This document shows, piece after piece, positions 13,951 through 27,005 of a DNA stretch of 64,000 bases (position 1 is the first letter of the stretch; every line of letters starts with the position of its first letter). The notes under the pieces were generated by a model. It saw only the letters and a list, made by a program, of their open reading frames with translations, searched no databases and was not told the DNA's origin. A program made the position numbers and the translations under genes. The stretch is taken from contig OX597816.1 in the NCBI GenBank assembly GCA_951406725.2, positions 96,286,001-96,350,000 of the forward strand, in the 5' to 3' direction. This DNA is from Octopus vulgaris (taxonomy: Eukaryota).

Positions 13951-15917
13951 ATAGACACCTCACGCTGAATCTGCATTGAATACATGAATAAAGACATGGA
14001 AAATAACCTGCCAAGAAGTTTCATTCGTGACCCATTCGACAATACAAAGACATATTAAGTACACGTTACAAGAAAAATATTTTCCTTGCTATACATATAT
14101 TCACGGCACTCAACTAATGCATTCAAGATCCCTAGAAACACTAAGTTTCACCATCACTAGTGATCTCTCCTGACGAATGCAGTTCCTCAATATGGCCAAA
14201 ACTGCATCACAGAACTGGACTTCCTTTACAAAGCCAGGGAATACTTCATTTATCCATTGTCAACTAACTCTCTTCAAAGCTCAGGTTAGATGAAAACCAC
14301 AATAGATGACTGCTGGCACATAAACAATTTATTGCTGATATACACACAGACAACCTACACTGCATCCAAAGAAAACCCACTCGACTGATTAGTATGAAGC
14401 TACCCCTAAACATACAGCAGCTTCTGTTCCTCCTCTGATGAGCTGTTTGCTTTTTTTACATTGATACTCCAGTGATCTTTCCCCCACTACTTGAGTGTTT
14501 TTTTTTCTATAAATGCTACAGTGGTTTCTATCCCTTGGTGCTCGATATCAGGTACCCTCTACATTAAAGCACTTCCAAATCTCTAGTAGCTAATTCTCTT
14601 GTCATTCATAACATTTTTGCTCCTCCAAATGTCGTACTAACATGTATATGCTCAGTCCTGCCTCTCAAGAATGCTGTGTCTCCCTGGTAACCTTCTTGTG
14701 CATGTGTGGTATCCCTGCAGCTGTAGAATAGCAACTAAGCAAAGGAAACGGTAACAAGGTCGATCCGTCTAATATCTGAGACGCAGCGAAGACCATAGGC
14801 ACCACCGCGTTTTCAGTATCGCCAGCATCTACGTAACTGGACCGGTTGATAGTTAAATGTCTACTAACAGACTGGATAACATAACCTTACATATGATACA
14901 AGTCTATGGTACCTAATTGCAAGCAGAGCGGCTGAATTACTTGAAAGTGACGTTGCAACATACGCAATATGATGTTTCAACCGGCTGTCTTTTTGTTATA
15001 TCATGTATATTCTCTCCACACTCACAACTACCTCTCCCATTAGTGAAAAGGAATAATTAATAAAATAACAGTAATCAATCAACTCCCGTCATCTTTGGGA
15101 AATCTTATTCTAATTCTAACACCATCAACGCGAGCCAGTAAGGATGCTTTATGTAATCTAGTGACCAGTAAAAAATAGCTATTTAATGTCCCTCAATTAC
15201 CTATCCATCATTATAAAAGAAAGGACATTATATAATGTAGTCCTCGGTATACGACATTTGAGAAAACGGTGTGCATGGTTGGAATGATCAACAACAACAA
15301 CTACACAATCAACATGATAAAGAGTCTACTATACGATGGAAATATTGGATGTCCATCTATTACTGAAGTATCAACTAGAAATAACATTTTCGTAGCATAG
15401 ATTTTTAATGTCGATCAAATACGATGGTCATGTCAGGTTTTATTTGTTTTGTTTTTACCTTTAATTTTGCTAGACGTTCTACTCACAAATATACTTTCCA
15501 GGAGACAAATTAATCGATATGCTACACAGGCATAACTACTTACCACATCATAAAATAAAACTCTCAACTATAATATATGTGTATGTAAAATACGATGGCA
15601 AGCTTAATGTGTCCCACAATTTAAATGATGAAGAAGAAAATAAACATGTTACCCCATCTGTAACATTTTACGAAAACATAGAATGGCTTTTTCATAAAAT
15701 GTCTTATAGTTAGTGTTCGTCTTGTAAATAAGATTGTGTACCAACTGACGATATTAAACTAGGTCCAGTCCGACCTCGAAATATAGACTAAAGTGTGTAT
15801 AAATACGGAGAAAGCTGTTTAGTTCCTAAGATAACAAATAGTACGATGTATATTTTAGACTGACTGTTTAATAAACAGCATTAAATTTTGTTTAAATGTA
15901 TACGTATAATACACACA

Positions 15918-15996
<79 letters not shown>

Positions 15997-16184
15997 GCAC
16001 ACTCACGCACACACACAATTGTCATATGCAATAATATTCATAATTTACCTGCATTGGTATTATAAAAATATATATAACAACTGGTTGTGAAACTTGTAAT
16101 ACAATGTGAATTTCATTATACAAGTCATAATTTGTATTTGCATTTTTAGAAGTAACTCCCTACGTTCAACCATCGACAGATTTC

Positions 16185-16231
16185 GAGCGATCCCTGATGA
16201 ATATTTAATTAAATACGAAACTTGTCGGCTC
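16185..16231 (+). ncRNA. Minimal type I hammerhead ribozyme-like motif
   Basis: gagcgatcc CTGATGA a-tattt-aatt-aaata-c GAAA c-tt-g TC ggctc. The core is intact, stem II has 5 bp, the triplet is GUC and stem I is cc/gg plus gag/ctc. Confidence 0.6.
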
Positions 16232-17147
16232 AATTTCCACTTACACTTGCGTAAGTACTGCGATTTAGATTACAGTGGCTTTTAACTTAGGGAATCTATA
16301 TTTAATAAATATATGATATATAAATTATGTGTACATATTTATACATCAATTCTCTATATTCAATTATATAAGTGTGCGCGCTTGTATGTATATTTTTGTA
16401 TAAATATACATGGCGCTTTTATCAAAATTTTCAATTCTTTGATTAAAAAAAGAAAACTTTCAAGCCACTCAAGCCCTGTCTTAGTGTTCAAAATTTGCTC
16501 TTATTCCATGGTTTCTTAACGACCTTATAAATGTGTCTAACGCACGTTGCGGTTTCTGTTTTCACTTCTACTTAAGGCAAACAATGTATATAATGTTTAT
16601 CATATGCTACATTCAACTTATAGGAACAAAATTAGATTTGACAGAACAAATAACAACTTACCGTCCGTATTTTGTTTCCGTCTTTTATATTCTTTCTGGA
16701 CAATCTTCATTGTTATTCCGCGATTAATTGAATCACTTGTAACAACCCCAAATACATTTGATGATGTACCTGTTATAGTTTCAAAAATAGACACAAGATC
16801 AATTCATTTGGTGATGGGTAGTGGATTAAACTGAACCCAGTCTTTGACAAATGCTTTATTTTTACGGTGAGCAGGGCGGAATAAAGGCAAAATTAACATC
16901 GGTGCCATCTGAATTCAGATCAAAAGCATCCGAATAAGATAATGCAAGATAAGTTGTTTGACGTTTTAACGACTCAACTATTTCATTACTATCCATGTGC
17001 TTATGAGAAAGATCATTTGATTAAGTGCAGGTGTGATGAAATGGCATGATAGGTAGGGCCTCAAATTCGGTGGTGGTCAAAATTGTCTTTTTTTCTTTCG
17101 AGTCGGTAAATAAAATCCCACAAAAGTTTTCGTATTATGTTTAAATC

Positions 17148-17690
17148 AGAGGCGGCGAGTTGGCAGAAGGGATACCACGCAAGAAAAAATGGTTAGCGGC
17201 ATTTCTTCTGACATTACGTTCTGGGTTCAAATTCTCTCGAGGTCGACTCTGCCATTCATCCTTTCAGAGTCGATGAAATAGGTAGAAATTAAATATTGGG
17301 ATCGATGAAAACAACTTGTTCTCAACATTCAAATTTCAGGCCTTGTGCCAGTTCTACAAAACATTATTAAGATGACGCGGTGGCAGAACTACTTGCACTT
17401 GAGAAAAAATGCTTTGCAGCAATTCACCCGTATTTACGTTCTGTGTTCAAATTCTGACGCCTTTGTCTTTCATCCTTTGAGTTCCCACTTACCATTAGAA
17501 AGTCGGGCATAAATGTTTAGTGGCATTTCGTCTGTCTACGTTCTGAGTTTAAGTTCTGCCGTGGTCGATTTTGCGGTTCATCCTTTCATGGTCGATAAAA
17601 TGAGTATCAGTTGAACACTGAAGTCCATGTAATTGATTGTACCCTTCCTCCGAAAATCCTGGCCCTGTACCAAAATTTGTGACCAATATG
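17148..17690 (+). mobile_element. Tandem array of about three SINE copies
   Basis: GGCGGCGAGTTGGCAGAAG head. TTACGTTCTGGGTTCAAATT-like B-box blocks at about 17214, 17434 and 17537, and CATCCTTT blocks repeated. Confidence 0.85.
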
Positions 17691-18383
17691 AAAGGTGTTA
17701 AGCCTAGAGATTAACCATTTAGTTATTTCTCTTTACGAGCCGAGTTCGACTTATTATAAATGTTGACTGTATTTCAGTCTTCCGGGATCGTTACCATAAA
17801 CACCAGTTTAGCGGTGGCTTTGATATAATCGCTATTACACTCTTCCAACATTAGTAAATTTGTTCATAAGTTAGAAATCATGACACTGTTATGATGCATT
17901 CATTTTAATACACTTTTAACCTGCAAAAACAGAACCTCTCTCTGACAAATTGTAAGTAGTGTAAGCATATCAATAAATCCATATCGACTATTTATCTCTC
18001 TCCCTTTGCATCTCTTCCGCTCCATTCCTCTCATTGTCTCTCTCTCTCTCTTTCTCCCTCTCTCATACATGTACACACACACACACAATTATGATTATAC
18101 ATAAATAAAAGTATACGTTCATATATATATATATATGAATCACACACACACACACACATACACATATATATGTATTATATATATTTCGTTTTTGAATTAG
18201 TTTGCAAGATTCTTTATGTGAGTTCGTGTGTTGAAGCATATTCTGTTGTGTCTGGGGAGAGTCATCTTCTGTTTGTGTCTTATAATTTAACACACACGCC
18301 GGTAAAATTTCCACTTATTTGTTATTTTCATTTTCCTAAAATTTTCGTTGCGTCTTGCAAACTTTTCAATAGTCTTCAATATA

Positions 18384-18384
<1 letters not shown>

Positions 18385-18424
<40 letters not shown>

Positions 18425-18611
18425 TGCATATATATATATATATATGTATTATATATACATATAATATATACATATATATATATATATATATACACATATA
18501 TATATACATACATACAACATACATACATACATACATACATACATACATACATACATACATACATACATACATACATACATACATACATACATACATACAT
18601 ACATACATACA

Positions 18612-18641
<30 letters not shown>
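18385..18641. repeat. (TA)n/(TACA)n microsatellite
   Basis: Seen directly. Confidence 0.97.
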
Positions 18642-18642
<1 letters not shown>

Positions 18643-19030
18643 CAGGGACTTGCCACCTAGGTAGGCAAGGTAGGCAGTACCTACCCTGAAAAAATAGATC
18701 GATAGTAATATTTTCTTATTCTGGCACAATATGCACCTAATTCAATAAAATTATGAAGTTTACTCTGATTATTATGCATAAAATGCAAAATATTTCATTT
18801 TTTGTAGATTAGGTAGGCATAATTCGCCCCTGCCTTTCATTCTCAGTATTAGAGTTACACATAGTATTGGTGTAGTACACGTGCCGTGTACATTCATACA
18901 ACAACGTTTACGCGCTAGAAAGGCAGTAGTAAATCTACCTCCAATTCAGTCGCGTGCCTGTGTTTCGCTTATTTTCTGGCGTGTCTTACAACATAAAGGT
19001 CACCAACTGCCTAACCTGAGTAATTACTGA
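18643..19030. mobile_element. Possible non-autonomous DNA transposon remnant (hAT-like end)
   Basis: Begins CAGGG. Sub-terminal GTAGGCA motifs are repeated and recur inverted (TGCCTA) near 19007. No target-site duplication seen. Confidence 0.3.
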
Positions 19031-19085
19031 GGTCATGTGCCTGATTCATATATATATATATATATATATACATACATACATACAT

Positions 19086-19134
<49 letters not shown>

Positions 19135-19135
19135 A

Positions 19136-19345
19136 AACAGGCCCTGTCCTATTTAACATTGTCCCAAAACAGATCAGAGAGGAAAAGGATCCCATCACCT
19201 TTAAACGGAATCTTGACAAATTTCTTCAAGGAATACCAGATAAGCCACCTATACCTGGATATAACTCAACAAGAACTTCCTACTCGAATGGACCATGATA
19301 CCACAAACCTAGACTTGACTTAAAAAGGTTTTAGATAATCCTATT
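19136..19345 (+). mobile_element. 3' fragment of a CR1-like LINE ORF2
   Basis: GPVLFNIVPKQIREEKDPITFKRNLDKFLQGIPDKPPIPGY fits the GPxLFNxLPxxIR...FKxxLDxFLxxIPDxP C-terminal signature. Confidence 0.8.
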
Positions 19346-19358
19346 TTATCTAAGTATA

Positions 19359-19391
<33 letters not shown>

Positions 19392-19392
19392 T

Positions 19393-19462
<70 letters not shown>

Positions 19463-19544
19463 GGTCCCGGGTTGAGTCGGGGTTAACCACAGTAAATAAG
19501 GTACTCAATACATAGCAGAGTAAATTAATTTATTTTATAGAAGG

Positions 19545-19595
19545 AGCTTCTACAGGACTAGAACTGTTTCATTCAAAAGAAATCATCAGGAAGCT
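19545..19595 (-). ncRNA. Type I hammerhead ribozyme (minus-strand copy)
   Basis: Exact reverse complement of 21122-21172. Confidence 0.8.
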
Positions 19596-19831
19596 AGTAG
19601 ACAAGAGTTGTTTTGGCATTTATACATTTAGGCAGGTTTAAATGGGTGGTGGTGGGGGACTTTTTTGGGGATAGGCATGGCGCAAAACTGTCATTATTAG
19701 GGTAGTGGTCAAAGGAATCGGTGGTAAAGTAGATAAAAGAATAGATAAAAGAATAAAAAAATAAAATAGGTATATATGGGTATGTTTATATGTAGGTATC
19801 CGTTTGTATAATGGGTAACTGCATGTATATA

Positions 19832-19914
<83 letters not shown>

Positions 19915-21121
19915 TGAGTATGCATGTATGTATATACGTATATGCCTGTATGCATGTATGTTTTTATGAACATAAGGAGGCGCGTGTGTGTGTGGACGTG
20001 TATGCATATGTATAGACATATGTATACATTTATGCATGTATGTACTTATGTGTATATATAGATGCGCGCGTGTGTGTGTGTGTATGTGTACGCATGTATG
20101 TATGTATATATATGTATATATATATATTTTCATAAAGCTTCCCGTTATATATATATATATATATGTATATGTGTATGTGTGTATGTGTATATATGTATGA
20201 ATGTATATGTGTATGTATATGTATATGAATATATATGTATATATATATATATGTATATGTGTATGTATATGTATGTATGTGTATGTATGTGTATATGTAT
20301 ATGTGTATATATATTAATTAGTGTATATGTATGGACTAGTCTTCTGTGGGTGTGTTGAGGTATGTATGTGTATGCGTGTATGTGAATATACGTGAATGTA
20401 TGTAGATGTAGGCGTGTATGAATATAACTCGTGCGCGTGTGTGTACGTGTGAGTGTGTGGGCGTGAGTGAGTGCTTGCGTTCGTATCAGTAAGTAGATAG
20501 ATAAACGGAATCTTTAGATATCCCTTGGGACAGGCTGACCGGTCAAGATAAAAATAAAGATATAAACAAGAGTAGTTAATAAAATTAAAATAAGAGAATA
20601 AAAATGTGTGTGTATGTGTGTGCATGTATATGCATTTGTATATATATGTGCGAGTGGGTATACATATGTGTATGTATATGTATGTATATGTGTATCTGTG
20701 TGTACGTACATGGGTATGTGTAGATATATGTATATATATATATATATGTATATGTATGTGTACGTATGTATATATATATGTATGTATATGTGGGTATGTA
20801 TGTATATGTATAGATATATGTGAATATGCGGGTGTGTATATGTATATATATATATATGTAGATGTACAAGTGAGAGTCTCCCCACTTACCTAAAACTCTA
20901 TTTTTCTATTTATATTTTAAATTTTTTTTTGTTTTTTTATTTTTTTATTTTTTTATTTTTTTATTCTTTTATTTATTATTTTATCTACTTTACCACCGAT
21001 TCCTTTGACCACTCCCCTAATAATGACAGTTTTGCGCCATGCTTACCCCCAAAAAAGTCCCCCACCACCAACCATTTAAACCTGCCTAAATGTATAAATG
21101 CCAAAACAACTCTTGTCTACT

Positions 21122-21172
21122 AGCTTCCTGATGATTTCTTTTGAATGAAACAGTTCTAGTCCTGTAGAAGCT
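21122..21172 (+). ncRNA. Type I hammerhead ribozyme
   Basis: agcttc CTGATGA t-ttc-tttt-gaa-t GAAA cag-ttctagtc-ctg TA gaagct. It has a 6-bp stem I, canonical core, 3-bp stem II with a U-U closing mismatch, 3-bp stem III and a GUA triplet. Predicted cut is after A21166. Confidence 0.8.
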
Positions 21173-22419
21173 CCTTCTATAAAATAAATATATATATATG
21201 TATGTATGTATATATATTTATATTTTGGAATATATTGTTGGTCACTGGCATGAGTTCAGCGTTTCTCTTCTTACACAGCAAATAATTCCTTTAAAAAGAT
21301 CCTATCATACATGTATTCAGCAACTATTCCATCAGTTTGTGGTATATGCAAACACATACATTCAAGTGTACATACGTACATACACACACATATACATACA
21401 TACATGCAAGAAAAAGCACACTCACATGCAAGTAGGTATGTATTTATACGAATATACACGTACATTCGAGTGATTTTATAAAGCAGTTATTTTTTCTCTC
21501 CTTCTTTGCATAGGCACCAGGGGAATTCATGCGGTTATAATAACATCCAATTCCGAGATGTATATAAAATACATTTTACTTCTGCATGGATTAGCATAAA
21601 ATGTATTTACACGAGTTATTTTTGTCTTTTAAGCTTCAGAAAATTTGTAATACTTAAGATAAGTTTTATTTTGTTCAGCTCACCTTTTTGTTACTCTGAT
21701 TCCATGATTATATTTTAAATAGGCTCGAGCATGTGTGCTTGTCGGACTTTCTTTTTTAATTATTTGCATTCTCGCCATAAGCTTGAAATTAGTATTTAAC
21801 CAATAAAATGTTCCAACACAGGAATTTGGATAACAAAATCGACGGCTTACAGGTTAAACTTTAAAAATATCTTGCCAATTTTTTATTTTCTTCTTACAGA
21901 CTATTTGTAAAGTAGGGGTTAGCTCGCAGCTATATTTGACTGAAACCACGGATTTTCGTCATCATCACAAACTTTGACTAGCACCGCTAGGCAACAATTA
22001 GATATATACGTTATTCGTGTAAATTTATAATTTATAATTTGGGAAAAAAACTGTAGGTTTCAAGGCAGTTTACAAATATTTTCTTTCTCACTGACCTTAG
22101 AAGAAATATACGCATTCAGGACACACTAGCATAAATATATACGCCCGTATGCATGGCCAGGGGTGAGATTTATATGTATGTACTTAGGTGATCGAGTATA
22201 AACTAGTATTCTCTATTAAGGTATTGAGTAGCTTTCCTTCGCTGGATGAAACCAAAAGATAGATGCACACATATGCATGTATTTACATATGTAAATAAAG
22301 AAAATTCTAAATATGTTTTAAGAACTTATTCGTAAAACCTGCTACTTATTCTATCGGCCTCTTTTGCCGGATCGGTAATTACAGGGATGTAAACAAGCCA
22401 ACACCTGTTTTCAAGCTGG

Positions 22420-22745
22420 AAAAAATCCAACGCTACTACACTAAAAAGTTTACCAGGCTGGAAAAAATTACAACTTTGCTCTCTAAAACGAAGACATGAA
22501 AGATAGGCAATAATTTACAATTAGAACACCGTGGAAGAGCTAACATCTAATTTCGGCATCAAGTGATGTACAAAAACCCTGATGTAATATTCATTCTATT
22601 TAAAATGAAGACCTGATACTGGATGCAACAACTTGGGGTTTAAGAACCTATAAGTGTATTGTGCTCTGCCAAAAGAATTATAAAACTATTAAAATGTGGA
22701 TGTGGAGGCTTTCAAAAAGGAATAGGATATTCTATCATCCACAAT
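22420..22745 (+). mobile_element. Decayed CR1-like LINE 3' fragment
   Basis: Interrupted remnants RRHER*AIIY...NNLGFK...LPKEL...NVDVEAFKKE resemble the same C-terminal region as 19136-19345. Confidence 0.5.
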
Positions 22746-22789
22746 ATCTCATGAGCCTACGTCATTGGAGGCTATCCATCTACTTTTCG

Positions 22790-23281
22790 TTTAGAATATC
22801 CAACTGTCTTCAAAGACAGTTGCTCCCATAAATTCCTAAAATAAAATTTAGGATTTATGGAAGGTCAACGTTTGAAAGAAGAAAATGACAGTGGAGACAT
22901 AAGGAAACCAAACGAAAACAAACATGGAAGATTATTAGACCAGAGCGAAAGGAAAATAGAGAACGCTGAGAGAAACATTTTTTGAAAAGAGAAAAGATAG
23001 AAGAGAGGGAGAAAAATACGTCTGTTTGTTTAAACGTACGTGCAGGGAAATAAAGATGGTCACATGAGGAAAAGAAAGATGGACGATGGTCACGTGTGAG
23101 CAGTGATAAAGAGAGACAGAGACAGAGAAAGAGGGGAGAGAGAGACAGATACAAAATGGTGAAAGAGAAAGGGGAGGAAAAGGGAATTAGAGAAGGATGG
23201 AGGAAAAAACAATATAGAGCAGGGAGTGGCACCAAAAAGTTACCTTTCAATTAAATAATAAATGTTATATAATATATATAT

Positions 23282-23356
<75 letters not shown>

Positions 23357-23530
23357 TGTATGTATATAAGGGTTACAGGGTGTCACCAACGGTGCAAATC
23401 ATATGAACGAGGGAAAAATGAGGGAATTTCGTAGACAACGAGACTCTGTGTTAACTTGTTCTGTTTTCCATTTTTCTCGTTGTCTACGTAGTTCAAGTTA
23501 TTTGTATTGTTGGTGACGTCCTGTACTCAT
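22790..23530. mobile_element. Purine-rich repeat of the family also at 29770-30210, 30461-31270 and 40575-41340, with a small fold-back at 23374-23525
   Basis: Shared blocks AAGACAGTTGCTCCC, GGACAGTG(G/A)A, TTAGACCAGA and GATGGTCACGTG. Confidence 0.65.
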
Positions 23531-23732
23531 ATATACATGTATATATATATACGAGAGAGAGAGAGAGATACATGAGATTATGTATGTATGCACATATGCA
23601 TGTATATATATATGCCAACTATTGTATGCAGGTGTAAATAAATAGAAACTGCTCTAAAATATGGATTCTCCGGGATAACATACATACACACACGTACACA
23701 CACATACACACATACAAACATACATACATACA

Positions 23733-23766
<34 letters not shown>

Positions 23767-24416
23767 CATGTATATATATATATACACGCACACATACATA
23801 CATGTATGCATGTGTGTGTGGGGGGTCTACAATGATGTCAAATATGCCTCTTCTCAACTAAATTTGTAGCAAATGATTATGATCACAGTGAGAATATTTG
23901 CGATTTGGTGAGGCAACCCCTGCAAATACCTGGAAAACAGGAAATTGGCGTCTGTTTAGTAAAAGGAAAATTAAACTTCACTAAAGGATACCTTTAATCT
24001 TGGAATGTTTATTATTATTTATTGCGACAGTCTCTATTTCACCATAGACATTCAACTTTCTAACACCAACCAATTCACAAACTATAATGAGTCCAATTAT
24101 TGTAACGTCAACTTGTAAGGAAATGTATATAACTTTTCAAAAGATCGAAGTTGCAGCAGAGAAGCAGCGGCTTTATATCTGGTGCTGATAGGCAAAGGTT
24201 TGATGAACGAACTGCCACATGTGACTTGCTATAGATGAGATATATGGTACCCCGTTGGATAGGAGGAGCTGAAAGAAACACAAGGATGGTAATGATGAGG
24301 TGTCAGGACGAACTCTCAAGGTACAATAAAGTGATTATAAGAGAGAAACAGAATAGAAGATTGGGGAGAGTGCATAGATATGTTCATAAGATTGCGAGAA
24401 AAGAGTGAGATATTGT

Positions 24417-24458
<42 letters not shown>

Positions 24459-25277
24459 AGTAGAAATGTGTTTTGAATGATGGAGTTGGTGTGGTCGATG
24501 GTAAACATTTGGGAAAGGTAAAGATACAGGAATGATCCTGGAGGGAAGAAACTAAATCGTAGTACAGGAAAAGTTGAGAGTAGCTATGTAATAAACGTAT
24601 AGATAGAACAGAAAATTGGGAGATGATGTTTGGTTTAGGACAGTGGGGGAAGATATGAACGGTTAAAGTGATGGATGTCAAAAGTATTTTTATTGAGTTG
24701 TGAATAAGTGATTCGGTTATCGTAGCTGACGAAACGAAAAGACGCAGCTATGTATACATCCAACGCTCCAATGATGTCAGTCACAGCCCAAGATCTGTTT
24801 TCATATGTTTAGGAAGAAACTTTCTCATGGAACTAGTTCGGTAGCGAAAAGTCTGCTCATATCCGAATGCACCGGAACGTGTTAAATATGATTTTACACG
24901 AATATATTTTATTCGACACGTCTTCATACGATATTATTTTTTCTTGTCCGTATAAATATATTCATATACATTACATATGCCTTTTACTTTATGATATAGC
25001 CATCCGTTTTTCATTTCTGGCAGACACAAGTTGAAATAAATGAATTAGAATGAATGGCCTATTTGATTTCCATAAAGGACAATCGGTTGGAGAAAGGAAA
25101 GCTGGAGCGTCAGTCAGTAACTTTGCTTTCACGAGGTTCATGTCAGCATTCCGTAATCAAGATAAAACCAGATGGCAGGCGTAAGTCGCAAGTCTGAATA
25201 GAAGATGAAGTTTACAGAGAGAAACAACAGAATATTGAAACGTATTGCAACTAAAAGCTATCGAAAATAGCAGCAGT

Positions 25278-25385
25278 GCAACCACATAGTTTCAGGTTTA
25301 TTGCCACGATGCGGCACATGGTCAAGCCTCTACTACTAAGGCCTCCGGGCCAACCAATACATCTTGGTTGAATCTGTATCTAGAT
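25278..25385 (+). mobile_element. Decayed 5' part of the second SINE family
   Basis: ACCACATAGTTTCAGGTT...TCTACTACTAAGGCCTCCGGGCCAACCAA matches the reverse complement of 45240-45365. Confidence 0.6.
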
Positions 25386-26194
25386 ATGTGTTTATGTTTA
25401 CATTATACACATGCACATGTAGACACACACATACACGCACATATACATAAACACATACACATCACGTATATATCATGTATGATTACACGACCAAATGACG
25501 AATATACGCACACATCACACCCCCAAAATACGTCTCACACAGCGATATACACATCTATAAAGCATGGCCTGATACAGGTCAATACTGCATAATCTTATAA
25601 TAATCATAGAAAACATTTAGTTTAAAGACTTCTGGCAACATTCTCGATGGAACTCAATGCAATACTTTCTACAAAAAATTTCTAAAAGCAGATCACAGTA
25701 GTTACGGGTTTTCTCTAGGATATGTTAATATATATTCAATATTTCTTCATATAGTAATGATTACAATTACACGGAAGGTTGCTATATATCTATCGAACGT
25801 TCTTACACAAAGGTCTGCATATAAACAAAATTTTATATATATATAAGATTTATATGCGCGATATTTCTATTCAATAAGTCTTCTGGCAAGGAGAATAATT
25901 TTTTAGAAACACTCAAAACTTATATTTTATCATTACATAAATTTATGGTTATGCAAAATCTACAAAGCTATACAAAGCTATGCAAAATTAGTCAGGACGC
26001 TTTTAGTTGCAAAATCACTCTATGACAGTTATTTATTGCCAACATATAAAATTACTTTGACTCATAAAATTAATCCATGTTTGTATACACACCTAGGCAC
26101 ATAAGAACAAATATGTATGTGTGCATATATATATGTATGTATGTATGCATGTATGTATGTATGAACGTATGTATGAACGTATGTATGAATGTAT

Positions 26195-27005
26195 ATCCGG
26201 GCTACATATGTTTCGAGGCGAGCGGGAACCTCGAAAGTGGTAAATGTCTAAGCGAGGTGTGTATCGCAGGCTAGAAATTTACATTGTCGTTAGGAGGCAC
26301 ATGTTAACACACAGAGGATTCGATCAGAATGCGTAAAGAGTATGGTTTGAGTGGAGAATATAATTGTGAATTGAAATTACAAATATAAGAAAAAAATGAA
26401 AAAAGAATAGAGAATATATAAGGAAGTGGGAAAGTTACATGTAAAGAATATAATTAAGACAAGTAAGAATTTAATAGCATTCCTCAATTATTAGATTTTA
26501 GTATTACCTACCATTCTTCTTCCTTTAAAATTTACTACTATACCATCACTTCAAGCACACATTTTCTTCTTCCCGATCACAAATACTTAACCCCCTATCT
26601 TCCCTCCATACTATCCTATTCAAATACCACTCCTCATTCCTATTTCTCTGACTCGACCAAAACGACCCTATTGAAAATCACCTGTGAAATGACCTTACTG
26701 AAATTCTCTACTTGTAACTCTCCCACTCCCTTATACATTTAAAAAGATTCTTTTTCATTTTTTTATGTTCCTAATGTCTCTTCACAATTATATTCTCCAC
26801 TCAAGCCGTGCTCTCTACGCATTCTGGTTTATTGCCACGATGCGGCACATGGTCGAATCCTCCGTGTATTAACACGTGCCTTCTACAGTAGACTTCATTT
26901 AATGAAGATGGCCTTTGCCTGAAGAGTAGCCTGCAGTATACAGCTCGCATGGCTATTTTACAACTTCCGAGGTTCCGCTCGTTACGAAACATACCTCAGC
27001 TGGAT
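26195..27005. repeat. Diverged inverted repeat (arms about 26195-26450 and 26700-27005)
   Basis: GAGTGGAGAATATAATTGTGAA pairs with TTCACAATTATATTCTCCACTC, and GCGGGAACCTCGAAAGT pairs with ACTTCCGAGGTTCCGC. Related sequence lies at about 5260-5450. Confidence 0.85.

Larger units (their letters stand above)
19460..21188. mobile_element. Non-coding HHR-bearing element with inverted arms (about 19529-19770 and 20940-21188), flanked by (TA)n
   Basis: The arms are near-perfect reverse complements. The spacer is mostly microsatellite and has no RT or endonuclease ORF. Confidence 0.85.

Noticed and set aside
24721-24752. CTGACGA-AAC-GAAA inside a small hairpin
   Set aside because: There is no stem II and no UH cleavage site, so it is probably chance.
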